64,000 nucleotides of DNA from positions 26 through 64,025 of the forward strand of contig JAKANS010000008.1 of the NCBI GenBank assembly GCA_021823625.1, in the 5' to 3' direction. The stretch comes from a bacterium (GTDB taxonomy: Bacteria > Verrucomicrobiota > Verrucomicrobiia > Limisphaerales > J093). Below are positions 1 to 9,995 of the stretch, one piece after another. The notes below the pieces were generated by a model that searched no databases, had not been told where the DNA came from, and was given only the letters and a program-made list of their open reading frames with translations. The position numbers and the translations under genes are program-made. Every line of letters begins with the position of its first letter. The stretch's first letter is position 1.

Positions 1-297
1 TTCTTTCTGCCGGGGCTGAAACTGGAGCGCCAGTGGCGGGAACGCAGCGCGTGGAAGAAACGCTGCGAACCGGCGCGCACGGCGGATCGACGGCTGATGG
101 TGGCCGGCGGGCTGGGCCGGCGGGCGCGGCGGGAGTTGCGCGAACGCTACGAGAGTCTGGACCCGTTCGCGTTGAAGGCGGAAGTCGAACGTCGGCTCCA
201 GCCGGTCCTGACCGGGGCGGCGGAAGTCGCCCGCAGGACGCTCCCCCCCGCAAGCGGGGGGATTGACACCAAGAGTATGCTTAACAGCGAACGCTGA
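1..297 (+). mobile_element. 3' end of an IS integrase/transposase (rve-type, ISNCY/IS481-like), cut by the window edge
   Basis: Frame 1 reads FFLPGLKLERQWRERSAWKKRCEPARTADRRL...LRERYESLDPFALKAEVERRL, resembling the C-terminus of this integrase family. A candidate element end GTGTCATTTATCCAGGAGGCAA lies at 337-358. Confidence 0.6.
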
Positions 298-713
298 AAC
301 CCGAGTCAACCACGCCTGCCTGCGCAGACTCCTTCAGTGTCATTTATCCAGGAGGCAAGGGGACCGTCGGGCACCGCTACCAGATTCAACCAGGACGGAA
401 CACTCACCTTCGAAAACGTTAGCTCTCCCCCTGCGGGGTCGATGGCTGGCGGTTCGCCTTCTGGTTCAAGGCGGTGGGGGAGCCTGCTTCCTGGCGCGGA
501 CGGTGAACGGCTCCTGCGCGGGTTTGGCTCAGCACTGCAGGGAACCCGCCGGAAAGCCGCTTCGGGAAAGTGCCTCCTCGAAGCCTGGAGCGGGCTATGC
601 CGCAGCGGTGATCGAGTCTTGACGTCAGGGCCATTGCCCTGAAGAGGCTTTGTCGTAGTCACCTTCGATGAGCAAATTGGCGGGGGACGGTCTGCGCATG
701 AGTCGATCAGACG

Positions 714-2930
714 CTACCCGCCCGGACGGGGTTGTCGCGCCGCGCGGAACAGGCGGAGCCTGGCGTAATCGCAACGGCCGCCGAGGAGGGCGTGGGCGCC
801 ACTGAGGGTTTGCCACCCGGCGCGATCGAAAGCGGCCTGCATTTCCGCCGCTTCGGCGGAGGTGAAGAGGCGCTCCAATTCGAGCGCTTCACCAGCTTCC
901 ACGGCGTTGGCCAGGTGCGTCGAAACCGTGCCTTCGCTCAACGCGCGGGCGCAGGCTATGGTGGCCAGGTCGAGGCCGGATCGAAACAGACGCAAAGTTT
1001 CGCGAACCGTGCCGGTCATGAGTTCGCCCCGCGTTTTCATCGTGCTCGTGGAAGGTTGGGCCAGGCGAGATTCGGCCTCCGCAAAGCGTTGCCGCGGGTT
1101 GCCGCGAAGGTGGGCGGCAATTTCTTCCAGGAACGCCGGTCCGTAAGCGCGCAACTTCGCTTCGCCCACGCCAGAAACGCGGCCGAACTCGGCCGGCGTG
1201 GCGGGGTAGGTGCGCGCCATCCAGCGCAGCGAGGCGTCGCCGAACACGATGTAAGCCGGGACGCCTTGCGCGTCGGCGATTTGTTTGCGCAGTTGGCGCA
1301 GCTTCTCGAACAACAACTCGTCGCAGGCGATTTCGCCCGCCCGTTTCACGCCCGGCGCAGGCGCCGCCAGTGGTCGCGTGAGCGTGATGCGGCGGCGGTC
1401 TTTGAGCGCGGCCAGACCTTCGGCCGTCAGTTGAAGCGTGGGGAAACGGCCCGCGTCCTGTCCGAGGTAGCCGAGACGGACCAGTTCGCGCGCGATCGAT
1501 CCCCATTCGTCGCGGGTGTGCTCCATGCCGATGCCGAAGGTGGAAAGCTCGCGATGGCCCCACTCGCGGATCTTCTCCGTTTCGCCGCCGGTCAGGACGG
1601 CGACGACGTGGCGCAGGCCGACGTTGAACCCGCTCCGTTGCCGGATGCGATAGACGCAGCTCAGCAGCTTCTGCGCCGCCACCGTGCCGTCGAAGGTCGC
1701 CCGCGGCGAAAGGCAGTTGTCGCAAGTACCGCAATTCGCCTCGGGGAACTCCTCGCCGAAATAGTCCAGCAACGCAGCGCGCCGGCACTCGGCGATTTCC
1801 GCGTAGTGGACCATCGTCTGCAACTGCTCGCGCGCCCGGCGGCGCTCCTGTTCGTCGGCCTTTTCATCGATGAAGCGAAGCTGCTTGGCCACGTCGCCGG
1901 GGCTGAACAGCAACAGACATTCGCCGGGCAAACCATCGCGACCCGCGCGGCCGGTTTCCTGATAGTAGCCCTCGAGGTTCTTCGGCAAATCGCGGTGCAG
2001 GACGAAGCGGACGTTGGGTTTGTTGATGCCCATGCCGAAGGCGATGGTGGCGCAGATCACGCGCACTTCGTCGCGCAGAAACCGATCCTGATTTGCGTCG
2101 CGCACCGACTTGTCCAGGCCGGCGTGGTACGGTGCAGCCTTCACGCCGTCCTCGACCAGCTTGCCGGCCAGCGCGTCCGCCCCGACGCGGCTGGCGCAAT
2201 AAACGATGCCGCTGTCCTTCGGGCGCGCGCGCAGAAAGTCGAGTACCTGGCGATAGCCAGCGGATCTTGGTTCGACGCGGTAGAGAAGGTTGGGGCGGTT
2301 GAAGCTGGCGACGAACACGCCCGGCTCGCGCAGACGGAGCTGGGTCAAAATGTCGGCACGCACGCGCTCCGTGGCCGTGGCGGTGAGCGCCATGAACGGC
2401 ACGGCGTCGAGGCGGGTACGGAGTTCGCCGAGCTGGCGGTACTCGGGCCGAAAATCGTGGCCCCATTCGCTGATGCAATGCGCCTCGTCCACCGCGACGG
2501 CGCTCACGCCCCAGCCGGCAAGATCGGCCAGCATCGAACCGAGCATCAACCGCTCGGGCGCGAGATAAAGCAGGCGCAGCTCGCGGGCGTGCAGACGCCG
2601 CAGACGAGCGCGACGCTCGGCTTCGCCCAGCGAAGAATTCAGGAACGTGGCGGCGACGCCGTTGGCGCAGAGCGCGTCCACCTGGTCTTTCATCAAGGCG
2701 ATCAAGGGCGAGATCACCACCGTCAAACCCGGCCGGAGCAGCGCCGGGAGCTGGAAGCACAGCGACTTGCCACCGCCCGTCGGCAGCAGCGCAAAGACGT
2801 CGCGGCCGGCCAGCGACGCGCGGACGATCGCCTCCTGCAACGGCCGGAAGGACGAGTAACCGAACACGTCTTTCAAAGGCGTGAGCAGATCGAGGTTGTC
2901 CGCGGGTAGAGCCGGGGTGGAGGTCGCCAT
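714..2930 (-). CDS. recQ: ATP-dependent DNA helicase RecQ (RQC, HRDC, C-terminal HTH)
   Basis: PTGGGKSLCFQLP, DEAHCISEWGHDFRPEY, ATIAFGMGINKPNVRFV, QETGRAGRDG, Zn-binding CRR...CGTCDNC and an HRDC segment. Confidence 0.97.
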   Translation of the reverse strand: MATSTPALPADNLDLLTPLKDVFGYSSFRPLQEAIVRASLAGRDVFALLPTGGGKSLCFQLPALLRPGLTVVISPLIALMKDQVDALCANGVAATFLNSSLGEAERRARLRRLHARELRLLYLAPERLMLGSMLADLAGWGVSAVAVDEAHCISEWGHDFRPEYRQLGELRTRLDAVPFMALTATATERVRADILTQLRLREPGVFVASFNRPNLLYRVEPRSAGYRQVLDFLRARPKDSGIVYCASRVGADALAGKLVEDGVKAAPYHAGLDKSVRDANQDRFLRDEVRVICATIAFGMGINKPNVRFVLHRDLPKNLEGYYQETGRAGRDGLPGECLLLFSPGDVAKQLRFIDEKADEQERRRAREQLQTMVHYAEIAECRRAALLDYFGEEFPEANCGTCDNCLSPRATFDGTVAAQKLLSCVYRIRQRSGFNVGLRHVVAVLTGGETEKIREWGHRELSTFGIGMEHTRDEWGSIARELVRLGYLGQDAGRFPTLQLTAEGLAALKDRRRITLTRPLAAPAPGVKRAGEIACDELLFEKLRQLRKQIADAQGVPAYIVFGDASLRWMARTYPATPAEFGRVSGVGEAKLRAYGPAFLEEIAAHLRGNPRQRFAEAESRLAQPSTSTMKTRGELMTGTVRETLRLFRSGLDLATIACARALSEGTVSTHLANAVEAGEALELERLFTSAEAAEMQAAFDRAGWQTLSGAHALLGGRCDYARLRLFRAARQPRPGG

Positions 2931-2937
2931 CGCCCGC

Positions 2938-2967
2938 CGGTATGCGCGAGGCGCCGCCCGAAGTCAA
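2938..2967 (-). promoter_or_regulatory. Putative sigma70 promoter of recQ (near-leaderless)
   Basis: Minus strand TTGACT-17 nt-CATACC, ending about 8 nt before the ATG. Confidence 0.45.
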
Positions 2968-2985
2968 CCCACCGGCCGTTCCAGT

Positions 2986-3070
2986 GGTGTCCTGATTTCA
3001 AATGGGTGGCTGCGCCGCTGCGGCGGCGCAGAGCGGTGCGGCAGCACCGCCCCCACCCAGCCGGGACTCT
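2986..3070. repeat. Dispersed ~85 bp REP/MITE-like repeat, copy 1
   Basis: GTCCTGATTTCAAATGGGTGGCTGCGCCGCTGCGGCGGCGCAGAGCGGTGCGGCAGCACCGCC; near-identical at 18244 and inverted at 22721. Confidence 0.8.
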
Positions 3071-3101
3071 GCCTTTCCGTGCCGGGCGTTCGCAGATGCG
3101 G

Positions 3102-4424
3102 TCAGATCGCGAAGTCGCTGTAGTCCGGCTTGTACGTCTCGGTGGGGGGATGGAGCATCCCCGCCGCGACGGTTTGGTTGGTGCCTTGATCGATCAGGAT
3201 GAAGGCGCCGGTGAGCCGGTTGGTGGTGTAGCCGTCGAAGATCAGCGGGCGCGAGGTCTTGAGCCGGACTTCGCCGATGTCGTTCAAGCCCAGTTCGGGC
3301 GGGTCAGGGCGGGATTCGTAAGTCTCGATGTCGATCCGGCCCGTCAGGCCGGTGACCACCGCCTGCACGGTCTGGTTGGTGTGCTTGAGGAAGTACTTTC
3401 GCCCCGGCTGGAGCGGACGCGGGTGCATCCAGGCCACGCGGGCGCGGAGGTCGGCGGTTTTGCCCGGCAGGTTGTCCAAGTCCACGATCATGTCGCCGCG
3501 GCTTACGTCCAGATCGTGCGCGAGGACCAGCGTGACCGACTGGGGGCAAAACGCCTCCGCCAGTTCGCCGTCGAAAGTGTGGATTTCCTTGAGGGTCGTG
3601 TGTTGTCCGCCCGGCAAAACCATCACTTCCTGGCCGACCTTGACGATGCCGCCGGCGAGTTGTCCGCTGAGGCCGCGGAAGTCATGGAGCCGCGGATCGC
3701 GCGGGTTGTTCGGGCGGTTGACCCACTGCACGGGGAAACGCACCGCACCGAGATTCCAGTCGCTGGCGATGTGTACGCTTTCCAAGTGGCGCAACAAGGT
3801 GGGGCCTTCGTACCAGGGCGTGTGCGGCGAGGGGTCAACAACGTTGTCGCCGTTCAGGGCGCTGATCGGCACGAACTTCACGTCGCGCAACACGTCGAGC
3901 CGCGGCAGAAACGCCTCGAACTGATCGCGGATCTCGCGGAACCGCTCTTCGCTCCAGTCCACGAGGTCCATTTTGTTCACGGCGATCACCACGTGCGGAA
4001 TGCCCAGCAGGGCCGCGATGTACGTGTGGCGGCGGCTTTGCTCGATCACGCCCTGACGCGCGTCCACGAGCACGACGGACAGGTTCGCCGTGGAAGCGCC
4101 GGTGACCATGTTGCGCGTGTACTGCACGTGGCCGGGGGTGTCGGCGACGATGAACTTCCGTTTCGGCGTGGCGAAATAGCGGTAGGCGACGTCGATCGTG
4201 ATGCCTTGCTCGCGTTCGGCGCGGAGGCCATCGGTGAGATTCGCCAGGTTGATCTGCCCGCCGCCCGTGATGTCGGCCGAGCGCTCCAGCGCTTCGAGCT
4301 GGTCTTCCATGAGCGACTTGGAATCGTACAACAGCCGGCCGATCAGCGTGGACTTGCCGTCGTCAACGGAGCCGCAAGTGTTGAAGCGCAGGATCTCGAC
4401 CGGGTGCGAAGTGGGCGAAGACAT
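3102..4424 (-). CDS. cysN: Sulfate adenylyltransferase subunit 1 (GTPase)
   Basis: CGSVDDGKSTLIGRLLYDSK, LRAEREQGITIDVAYRYF, ADTPGH, NKMD; no APS-kinase domain. Confidence 0.96.
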   Translation of the reverse strand: MSSPTSHPVEILRFNTCGSVDDGKSTLIGRLLYDSKSLMEDQLEALERSADITGGGQINLANLTDGLRAEREQGITIDVAYRYFATPKRKFIVADTPGHVQYTRNMVTGASTANLSVVLVDARQGVIEQSRRHTYIAALLGIPHVVIAVNKMDLVDWSEERFREIRDQFEAFLPRLDVLRDVKFVPISALNGDNVVDPSPHTPWYEGPTLLRHLESVHIASDWNLGAVRFPVQWVNRPNNPRDPRLHDFRGLSGQLAGGIVKVGQEVMVLPGGQHTTLKEIHTFDGELAEAFCPQSVTLVLAHDLDVSRGDMIVDLDNLPGKTADLRARVAWMHPRPLQPGRKYFLKHTNQTVQAVVTGLTGRIDIETYESRPDPPELGLNDIGEVRLKTSRPLIFDGYTTNRLTGAFILIDQGTNQTVAAGMLHPPTETYKPDYSDFAI

Positions 4425-4478
4425 GATGAGGAAGGCGTGCGGGGGCTCAGTTCGTTGGGCGCAAAGAAATGGCCGGGG

Positions 4479-5984
4479 CTAGAACTCGCGGGTGCGATAA
4501 AAGCGCGGTTGTTCGCCGGCGTCGGGATCAGCCAGCACCACGCCGCCGACGGTCGCCGCGTTGGTGGACAATGCAGTCCAATGCGAGAGATCGCTTGATT
4601 CGTCGAGGATGAGCGTGTGACCGACGTGGCCGTGCAGGCGGAGCAGCGGCGCGCCGTTGGTCATGCCCTCCAGCCGGACAAACGGCAGGGCGTCGTTCGC
4701 CAGGAGGAAGTTCGCGCTCACGAAGTCGCCGACCCGCGCGCCGGTGGCCTTTCCCTCGCGGTTGGCGGACTGGTAATGAATGCCACCGTAGATGCGGCTC
4801 ATGCCCACTTCATCCGCACATGCAGCCAAACTGGTGAACGTACGGAAGACGCCCGGCAGCGAGTCCGAGGTGGCGGTGAACGTAATGGCGTCCGTCCCGT
4901 AAAAGCGCGCGAGCACTTCCGCGCTCGCCTTGCTGAACGTGCTGTGGCCGCTAACGTATTCCGGAAAGTTGGGGGCGTTGAGATAGTCCTTCCAGTTCGG
5001 ATCGGGGTCCGTCGCCGGATTGCCATCTTCGTCGGCTCGCTGGATGGCGGTCACCGGCCGCCAGGTGTTGTAGCGGTACTTGATTTCCCAGCAAACGATG
5101 GCGGCATCAGCCTGGGCGAGGCTGATCAGCGTCATCAACCGCGCGGTGTCTTCGAGGCTGGTGTTCCGGCTGCGGATGATGTTGGCGGCGATCTCGTGCC
5201 AGTGTCCTGGCGGCATGGCGGTGTAACTGAAGTCCGACCAGAACACCGCGATCTGGCTTTGCCCGGCCGTGCGCACCTGGCTGTTCACCCCGCCAATGGC
5301 TTTCACTTCATTGAAGTCTTGCGTGTACTGCTCGCTCGTCATCGGCAGCGGCGGCGGCGGCAGGAATGATTCTTTGTCCGGCAAGGCGAACAGCTTGACG
5401 TAACGCCAGTGCGGATCGAGCGGCGGCCGGTAAAACGGCGGCGTGCGGCGCCACTGGCCGGGAGCATCGCTGGGAATGTAAGGCACCTGGGTGTTGGCGC
5501 CGTCGCCCCGCCGGGCCTCCAGCATCAAGTCGGCGGCCTGGGTTCCCAAAGCCAGGCCGTTGGTGGTGGTCGCGGAGGCGGGTAGGGCGGACAAGCTTTC
5601 ATCGTAAAAACTCTGCGTGCGTGCCTGGAAGGACGGGTAAAGCGTCAACATCACCTCGCGACCCGCCGCGATGACCGCCGCCGCGGGCGAAGTGTCCGGC
5701 GGAGTGTCAAGGAGCGAAAGGTAAGGCTGATGCGTGTGCGCGATGGAGTTGACCGCGTCGTAGATCGAGGCATCCAGGATGGCCAGGTTGCGGGTCGAGA
5801 GCGTTGGCCCGGTGTTGTCGGCCCGGATTGCGTCGAGCATCAACGCGTTCCAGTCGAGGACGGGGTTGGCTTGCGCGGCGGCAACGAAGGCCGCCGCGAC
5901 GCCGACGATCAGCGAGCGGGCGTTCAAACGAATTCGGTCCGTGGCTGGCCGCATGGCCCATGATCGGAAGCTCATCGCGCTCAT
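4479..5984 (-). CDS. Secreted vanadium-dependent haloperoxidase/PAP2-family protein with a C-terminal Verrucomicrobia-type domain (start uncertain)
   Basis: Signal-like VAAAQA|NPVLDWN; motifs KYRYNTWRP, PEYVSGHS, SRIYGGIHY; tail SSDLSHW...PRFYR. Confidence 0.85.
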   Translation of the reverse strand: MSAMSFRSWAMRPATDRIRLNARSLIVGVAAAFVAAAQANPVLDWNALMLDAIRADNTGPTLSTRNLAILDASIYDAVNSIAHTHQPYLSLLDTPPDTSPAAAVIAAGREVMLTLYPSFQARTQSFYDESLSALPASATTTNGLALGTQAADLMLEARRGDGANTQVPYIPSDAPGQWRRTPPFYRPPLDPHWRYVKLFALPDKESFLPPPPLPMTSEQYTQDFNEVKAIGGVNSQVRTAGQSQIAVFWSDFSYTAMPPGHWHEIAANIIRSRNTSLEDTARLMTLISLAQADAAIVCWEIKYRYNTWRPVTAIQRADEDGNPATDPDPNWKDYLNAPNFPEYVSGHSTFSKASAEVLARFYGTDAITFTATSDSLPGVFRTFTSLAACADEVGMSRIYGGIHYQSANREGKATGARVGDFVSANFLLANDALPFVRLEGMTNGAPLLRLHGHVGHTLILDESSDLSHWTALSTNAATVGGVVLADPDAGEQPRFYRTREF

Positions 5985-5992
5985 GACTGGCG

Positions 5993-6895
5993 CTAAAAGT
6001 AGCCTTGTTTTTTCCGATCTTCCATCGCGGCCTCGCTGGCTTTGTCATCCGCCCGCGAACCGCGTTCGGTCACGCGGGCGGCGGCGATTTCGCCGAGGAT
6101 GTCGTCCACCGTGTTCGCCGGGCTTTCCACCATGCCGGTGCTGATGATGTCGCCGATGGTGCGGACGCGGACCACCAGTTCCCGCACGTCCTCGGACGGC
6201 TTCGGTGGCAACAGGTTCGTCACGGGCAGCCACTGGCCGCGCCGGCGCACGCACTGACGGCGATGGCTGAAGTAGATCGTGGGCACTTCGAGCCGCTCGC
6301 GTTTGATGTACTCCCAGACATCCATCTCGGTCCAGTTGCTGAGCGGAAACACCCGCATGTGCTCGCCGGCGTTCAGGCGGGCGTTGTAAAGGTTCCAGAT
6401 TTCCGGGCGCTGGTTCTTCGGGTCCCACTGGCCGAAGGCGTCGCGGAAACTGAAGAACCGCTCCTTGGCGCGCGCCTTTTCCTCGTCCCGCCGCGCCCCG
6501 CCGATGGCGCAGTCGAAGCCGAACTCCTCGATGGCCGCGAGCAGGGTGGGGATTTGCAGCCGGTTGCGGCTGATCTCGCCAGGGTTGGGCACCGCGATGC
6601 CTTTGGCGATCACGTTCTCGACTGTGCGGATAATCAGTTTGCAGCCCAACTCGGCGGCCCGCCGGTCACGGAAGTCGTTCAACTCGGGAAAGTGGTGGCC
6701 AGTGTCCACGTTCAGGAGCGGCATCGGAATATCCGAAGGTCGAAACGCCTTCTCGGCCAGACGCAAAAGGCAGATCGAGTCCTTGCCGCCCGAAAACAAC
6801 AAAGCCGGTCGCTCGAACTCGGCCGCCACCTCGCGCATGACATGGATGGCTTCGGTTTCGAGGTACTGAAGGTGGTCGAGGTGGTAGGAACTCAT
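5993..6895 (-). CDS. cysD: Sulfate adenylyltransferase subunit 2
   Basis: LFSGGKDS, GGARRDEEKARAKER, WDPKNQRPE, VFPLSNWTE, MEDRKKQGYF. Confidence 0.97.
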   Translation of the reverse strand: MSSYHLDHLQYLETEAIHVMREVAAEFERPALLFSGGKDSICLLRLAEKAFRPSDIPMPLLNVDTGHHFPELNDFRDRRAAELGCKLIIRTVENVIAKGIAVPNPGEISRNRLQIPTLLAAIEEFGFDCAIGGARRDEEKARAKERFFSFRDAFGQWDPKNQRPEIWNLYNARLNAGEHMRVFPLSNWTEMDVWEYIKRERLEVPTIYFSHRRQCVRRRGQWLPVTNLLPPKPSEDVRELVVRVRTIGDIISTGMVESPANTVDDILGEIAAARVTERGSRADDKASEAAMEDRKKQGYF

Positions 6896-6944
6896 CGGGA
6901 ACGGGGATCGGATTTCGGGTCTCGGGATGGGGGCGGCGCAAGCG

Positions 6945-7304
6945 TCAACGAGGATCGACCGAGCGGATGAGTCCGCTGGCGAGTTGCCCGGCCTGAACGC
7001 AGTGACGCAGCAAGGCCGAATGTTCGTCCGCGGTAATGAATGGGTTGTCCAGCAGAATGTAAGACAGGGAACGAACTTCGCCGCAGGAGCGGCGGGCGTA
7101 ATTGTAAGCCTGTTTCTTCTCGGCTGCGTGAACGCTTTCCCAACCTTCGGCGATATTATTCATCACTGAGGTCGCGGCGCGGCGGAGTTGGTCGCAAAGC
7201 CCAAAATCCCGGCTCAACGACTCGCGTCGGCATAGCCCGTAAACTATCTTCGCCAGTTCGCGCGCAGTTTTCCAAGCGTCCGTCTCCTCGAATGAACTTG
7301 GCAT
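6945..7304 (-). CDS. Four-helix-bundle protein (23S rRNA IVP-like family)
   Basis: FEETDAWKTARELA...DFGLCDQLRRAATSVMNNIAEG...ARRSCGEVRS pattern; flanked by short heptamer repeats. Confidence 0.88.
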   Translation of the reverse strand: MPSSFEETDAWKTARELAKIVYGLCRRESLSRDFGLCDQLRRAATSVMNNIAEGWESVHAAEKKQAYNYARRSCGEVRSLSYILLDNPFITADEHSALLRHCVQAGQLASGLIRSVDPR

Positions 7305-7343
7305 GGTTGCTTCCGAAATCCGAAATCCGGAACCCGTTCCCGA

Positions 7344-8009
7344 CTAGGCGCCTGCCACCGCTTTCCCGCCCCAAGCGGCGTGCAACCCGCACTCGCGCTT
7401 CTCATCCGCTTTGGCGGGATCGAAATAGTCCCATTCGTTGGGCAGGTCGTGCTCCGCCAGATAGGCCTCCATCTCCGCGTCGCTCCAGTAAAAAAGCGGG
7501 CTGACCTTCAGGGTGCCGAAGTTCGTGTCTTGGGAAACGATGTCGAGACCTGCGCGGTTGGGGTTTTGGACCTTGCGCAGCGCGGTCAGCCAGACGGTTG
7601 GCGCCAGCTCGCGCATTCCCCGCTGGAACGGCTCCAGCTTCATCACGGTGCTGAAGGCTTTGATGCGCTCTTCGTTTTCGGGCGTGGACTCGGGCATGCC
7701 GCCGTGAACGGCGTCGTAATGGGCGGCGGTCAGCTTCGGCAGGTAAGGCTTGAGGTTCAGCTTGAGCAGCGCCTTGAGTTGTTCGGCGTGGCGGTAGGTC
7801 GCCGGCCGGTTGTAGCCATGGTCAACCCAGAGCACCGGGATGTCTGGCTGAACCTGCGTGCACAGGTGCAGAATCACCGCCTCGTAAGGCCGGAAATTCG
7901 TTGAAACGATCGCCCGGCCGCCGGCTTGGGCGATGGCCCAACGGACGATTTCCAAGGGAGTCTGCGAACGCAGTTTTGCGTTCGATTCCGATACCAGTTC
8001 GGGATGCAT
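7344..8009 (-). CDS. cysH: Phosphoadenosine/adenosine phosphosulfate reductase
   Basis: C-terminal KRECGLH, LKVSPLFYW, KLEPFQR; position in the cys operon. Confidence 0.88.
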   Translation of the reverse strand: MHPELVSESNAKLRSQTPLEIVRWAIAQAGGRAIVSTNFRPYEAVILHLCTQVQPDIPVLWVDHGYNRPATYRHAEQLKALLKLNLKPYLPKLTAAHYDAVHGGMPESTPENEERIKAFSTVMKLEPFQRGMRELAPTVWLTALRKVQNPNRAGLDIVSQDTNFGTLKVSPLFYWSDAEMEAYLAEHDLPNEWDYFDPAKADEKRECGLHAAWGGKAVAGA

Positions 8010-8037
8010 GGGAGGCGCGGGTGGAATCGACAGCAGG

Positions 8038-9723
8038 TCAGACCGGCGCCCCTTCAGACCAAAGCGTCCGCGCGGTCCAATCGCCGAAGCGTTCGCCAGC
8101 CACGCGCTCAGCGGCGAATTGAGCGAACAGCGGGCGCAGTTCGCCGACGATGTCGGATTCCTTGACGTTGTCTTTCCACAGGCGGTTCAGGCGGGTGCTG
8201 GCCTCGTTGCCGCCGAGGTAGATCTGGTAACGGCCCGGCGCCTTGCCCACAAAGCCGATCTCCGCCATGTACGGCCGCGCGCAGCCATTCGGACAGCCGG
8301 TCATGCGGATCGTGATTTCTTCGCCCGGCAGACCGACCTCTGCCAGCGCGCCCTCGAGGCGGGTGATGAGGTCCGGCAGGTAACGCTCGCTTTCCGCCAG
8401 CGCGAGACCACAGGTGGGCAGCGCCACGCACGCCATCGAGGCGCGGCGCAGGATGCTGCCCTGCCGCTCGACATCGACCCCGTGCTCGCCCAGCAAGTGC
8501 GTAATCGCTGCCCGGTTGTTCGGCGCGATTTCGGCGAGCATTACGTTGTTGGCGGGCGTCAGCCGGATTTCGGGCAGGAAACGCTCGACGACTCGACGCA
8601 ACGCCGTTTTCAGTTGGCGGCCTTCAGTGTCTTTGATCCGGCCGGTCTCCACGAACAGACCCACGAAAAACTTGCCATTGGCCTGCTCGTGCCAGCCGAA
8701 CGCGTCGCCCTGCCGGTCGAACTTGAACGGCCTCGCTTCTTCCAATCTGAACCCAAGCCGGCGCTCCAGTTCTTCGCGAAACCACGCCGGACCGCGGTCC
8801 GCAATGATGTACTTGAGCCGCGCGTGCTTGCGGTTGGTGCGACTGCCGAAATCGCGATGAATGGTGATCACGGCTTTGGCCGCTTGCACGACCTGATCCG
8901 GCGTGACAAAGCCGATGACGTCCGCCACGCGCGGAAAAGTCTCCTCGTTGCCGTGGCTGCGGCCCATCCCGCCGCCCGCGGCCAGGTTGAAGCCGAGCAA
9001 GCCGCCTTGCGCATCCGCGATGGCGATGAAGCCGAGGCAGTTGGTCAGCACGTCCACGTCGTTCAGCGGCGGAATGGCGAAACCGATTTTGAATTTCCGC
9101 GGCAAGTAGATCTTGCCGTAAAGGGGGTCGGTGAAATCCTTATTGGCCGGGTCATTCAGATCGAGTTGGACACCCTCCAGCCAAATCGAGTGGTAGGCCT
9201 TGGTCCTGGGAGCGACGGCGAGGGCGATCTCGCGGGCCAGGGCGTGAACTTGGATCCCAACGCCGTTCGTGGCCGGCGTCGGCGGCGCCACGACGTTGCG
9301 GTTCACGTCGCCGCAGGCCGCGAGCGTGGAGAGCAAGGCGCCGTGCAAGCCTTTCATTAGCGGCCCAAGGCCGGTCTTGACCAAGCCGTGGAATTGAAGG
9401 CTTTGGCGCGAAGTCACCCGCAGACTGGCGTTGCCGTGCCGGGTGGCGAGGTCGTCACAAACGAGGTATTGCGCGGGCGTCAGGACGCCACCGGGCAGCC
9501 GCATCCGCACCATGAAAATGTACTTTTTGCCGGTCTTCCGCAGGTCGCGGTCGTCTTGCTGGTAAACGCCGTGGAATTTCAGGAATTGCGTGTCGTCCTC
9601 GGAAAACCGGTCCGCCGCGGGATCGGCCAGCGTGGCCGCAATCGTGCCCGCCAAGGTCGGAATCGCTTCCTTGATTGTCTCGTTGTGCGTGACCGTGGTT
9701 TTGTCGCTGTCGCTTGAAATCAT
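8038..9723 (-). CDS. cysI: Assimilatory sulfite reductase hemoprotein subunit (CysI/Sir)
   Basis: KFHGVYQQDDRD, TSRQSLQFHG, ACGDVNRNV, YLPRKFKI; siroheme/4Fe-4S ligands CVALPTC and TGCPNGC. Start taken at ATG 9723. Confidence 0.93.
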   Translation of the reverse strand: MISSDSDKTTVTHNETIKEAIPTLAGTIAATLADPAADRFSEDDTQFLKFHGVYQQDDRDLRKTGKKYIFMVRMRLPGGVLTPAQYLVCDDLATRHGNASLRVTSRQSLQFHGLVKTGLGPLMKGLHGALLSTLAACGDVNRNVVAPPTPATNGVGIQVHALAREIALAVAPRTKAYHSIWLEGVQLDLNDPANKDFTDPLYGKIYLPRKFKIGFAIPPLNDVDVLTNCLGFIAIADAQGGLLGFNLAAGGGMGRSHGNEETFPRVADVIGFVTPDQVVQAAKAVITIHRDFGSRTNRKHARLKYIIADRGPAWFREELERRLGFRLEEARPFKFDRQGDAFGWHEQANGKFFVGLFVETGRIKDTEGRQLKTALRRVVERFLPEIRLTPANNVMLAEIAPNNRAAITHLLGEHGVDVERQGSILRRASMACVALPTCGLALAESERYLPDLITRLEGALAEVGLPGEEITIRMTGCPNGCARPYMAEIGFVGKAPGRYQIYLGGNEASTRLNRLWKDNVKESDIVGELRPLFAQFAAERVAGERFGDWTARTLWSEGAPV

Positions 9724-9995
9724 AAGTAACTTACGCGTGTTAATTGTTAATTCGAATCGGACACGTGTCAACGGTTTTATGGTTCTCCAGGCGGCTTCAC
9801 CCGCTTTTACGGCTGCGTTAGCCAAAGCCGCGACGGTGCCGCAGAATGATGGTCCTTGAGACAGGTGTCAAAGGTGCGGAGGTGACCGGAGTTGCAATGG
9901 CTCAAGGGGTGGTCGCAGACCCGTAGCCGTAAGGAAGAGTCCTTCGAGGTTGGCGCGTTTGCACAGCCAAACGGGGTGAGGTTGCGCCGAAATGA

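Noticed and set aside
306..662. Short ORFs on both strands between the IS end and recQ
   Set aside because: No recognisable motif, and overlapping ORFs in several frames are equally weak.
732..2909. Long antisense ORFs (also 3006-4598, 7933-9360, 54429-56885 and others)
   Set aside because: Shadow ORFs opposite well-supported genes, expected at high GC.
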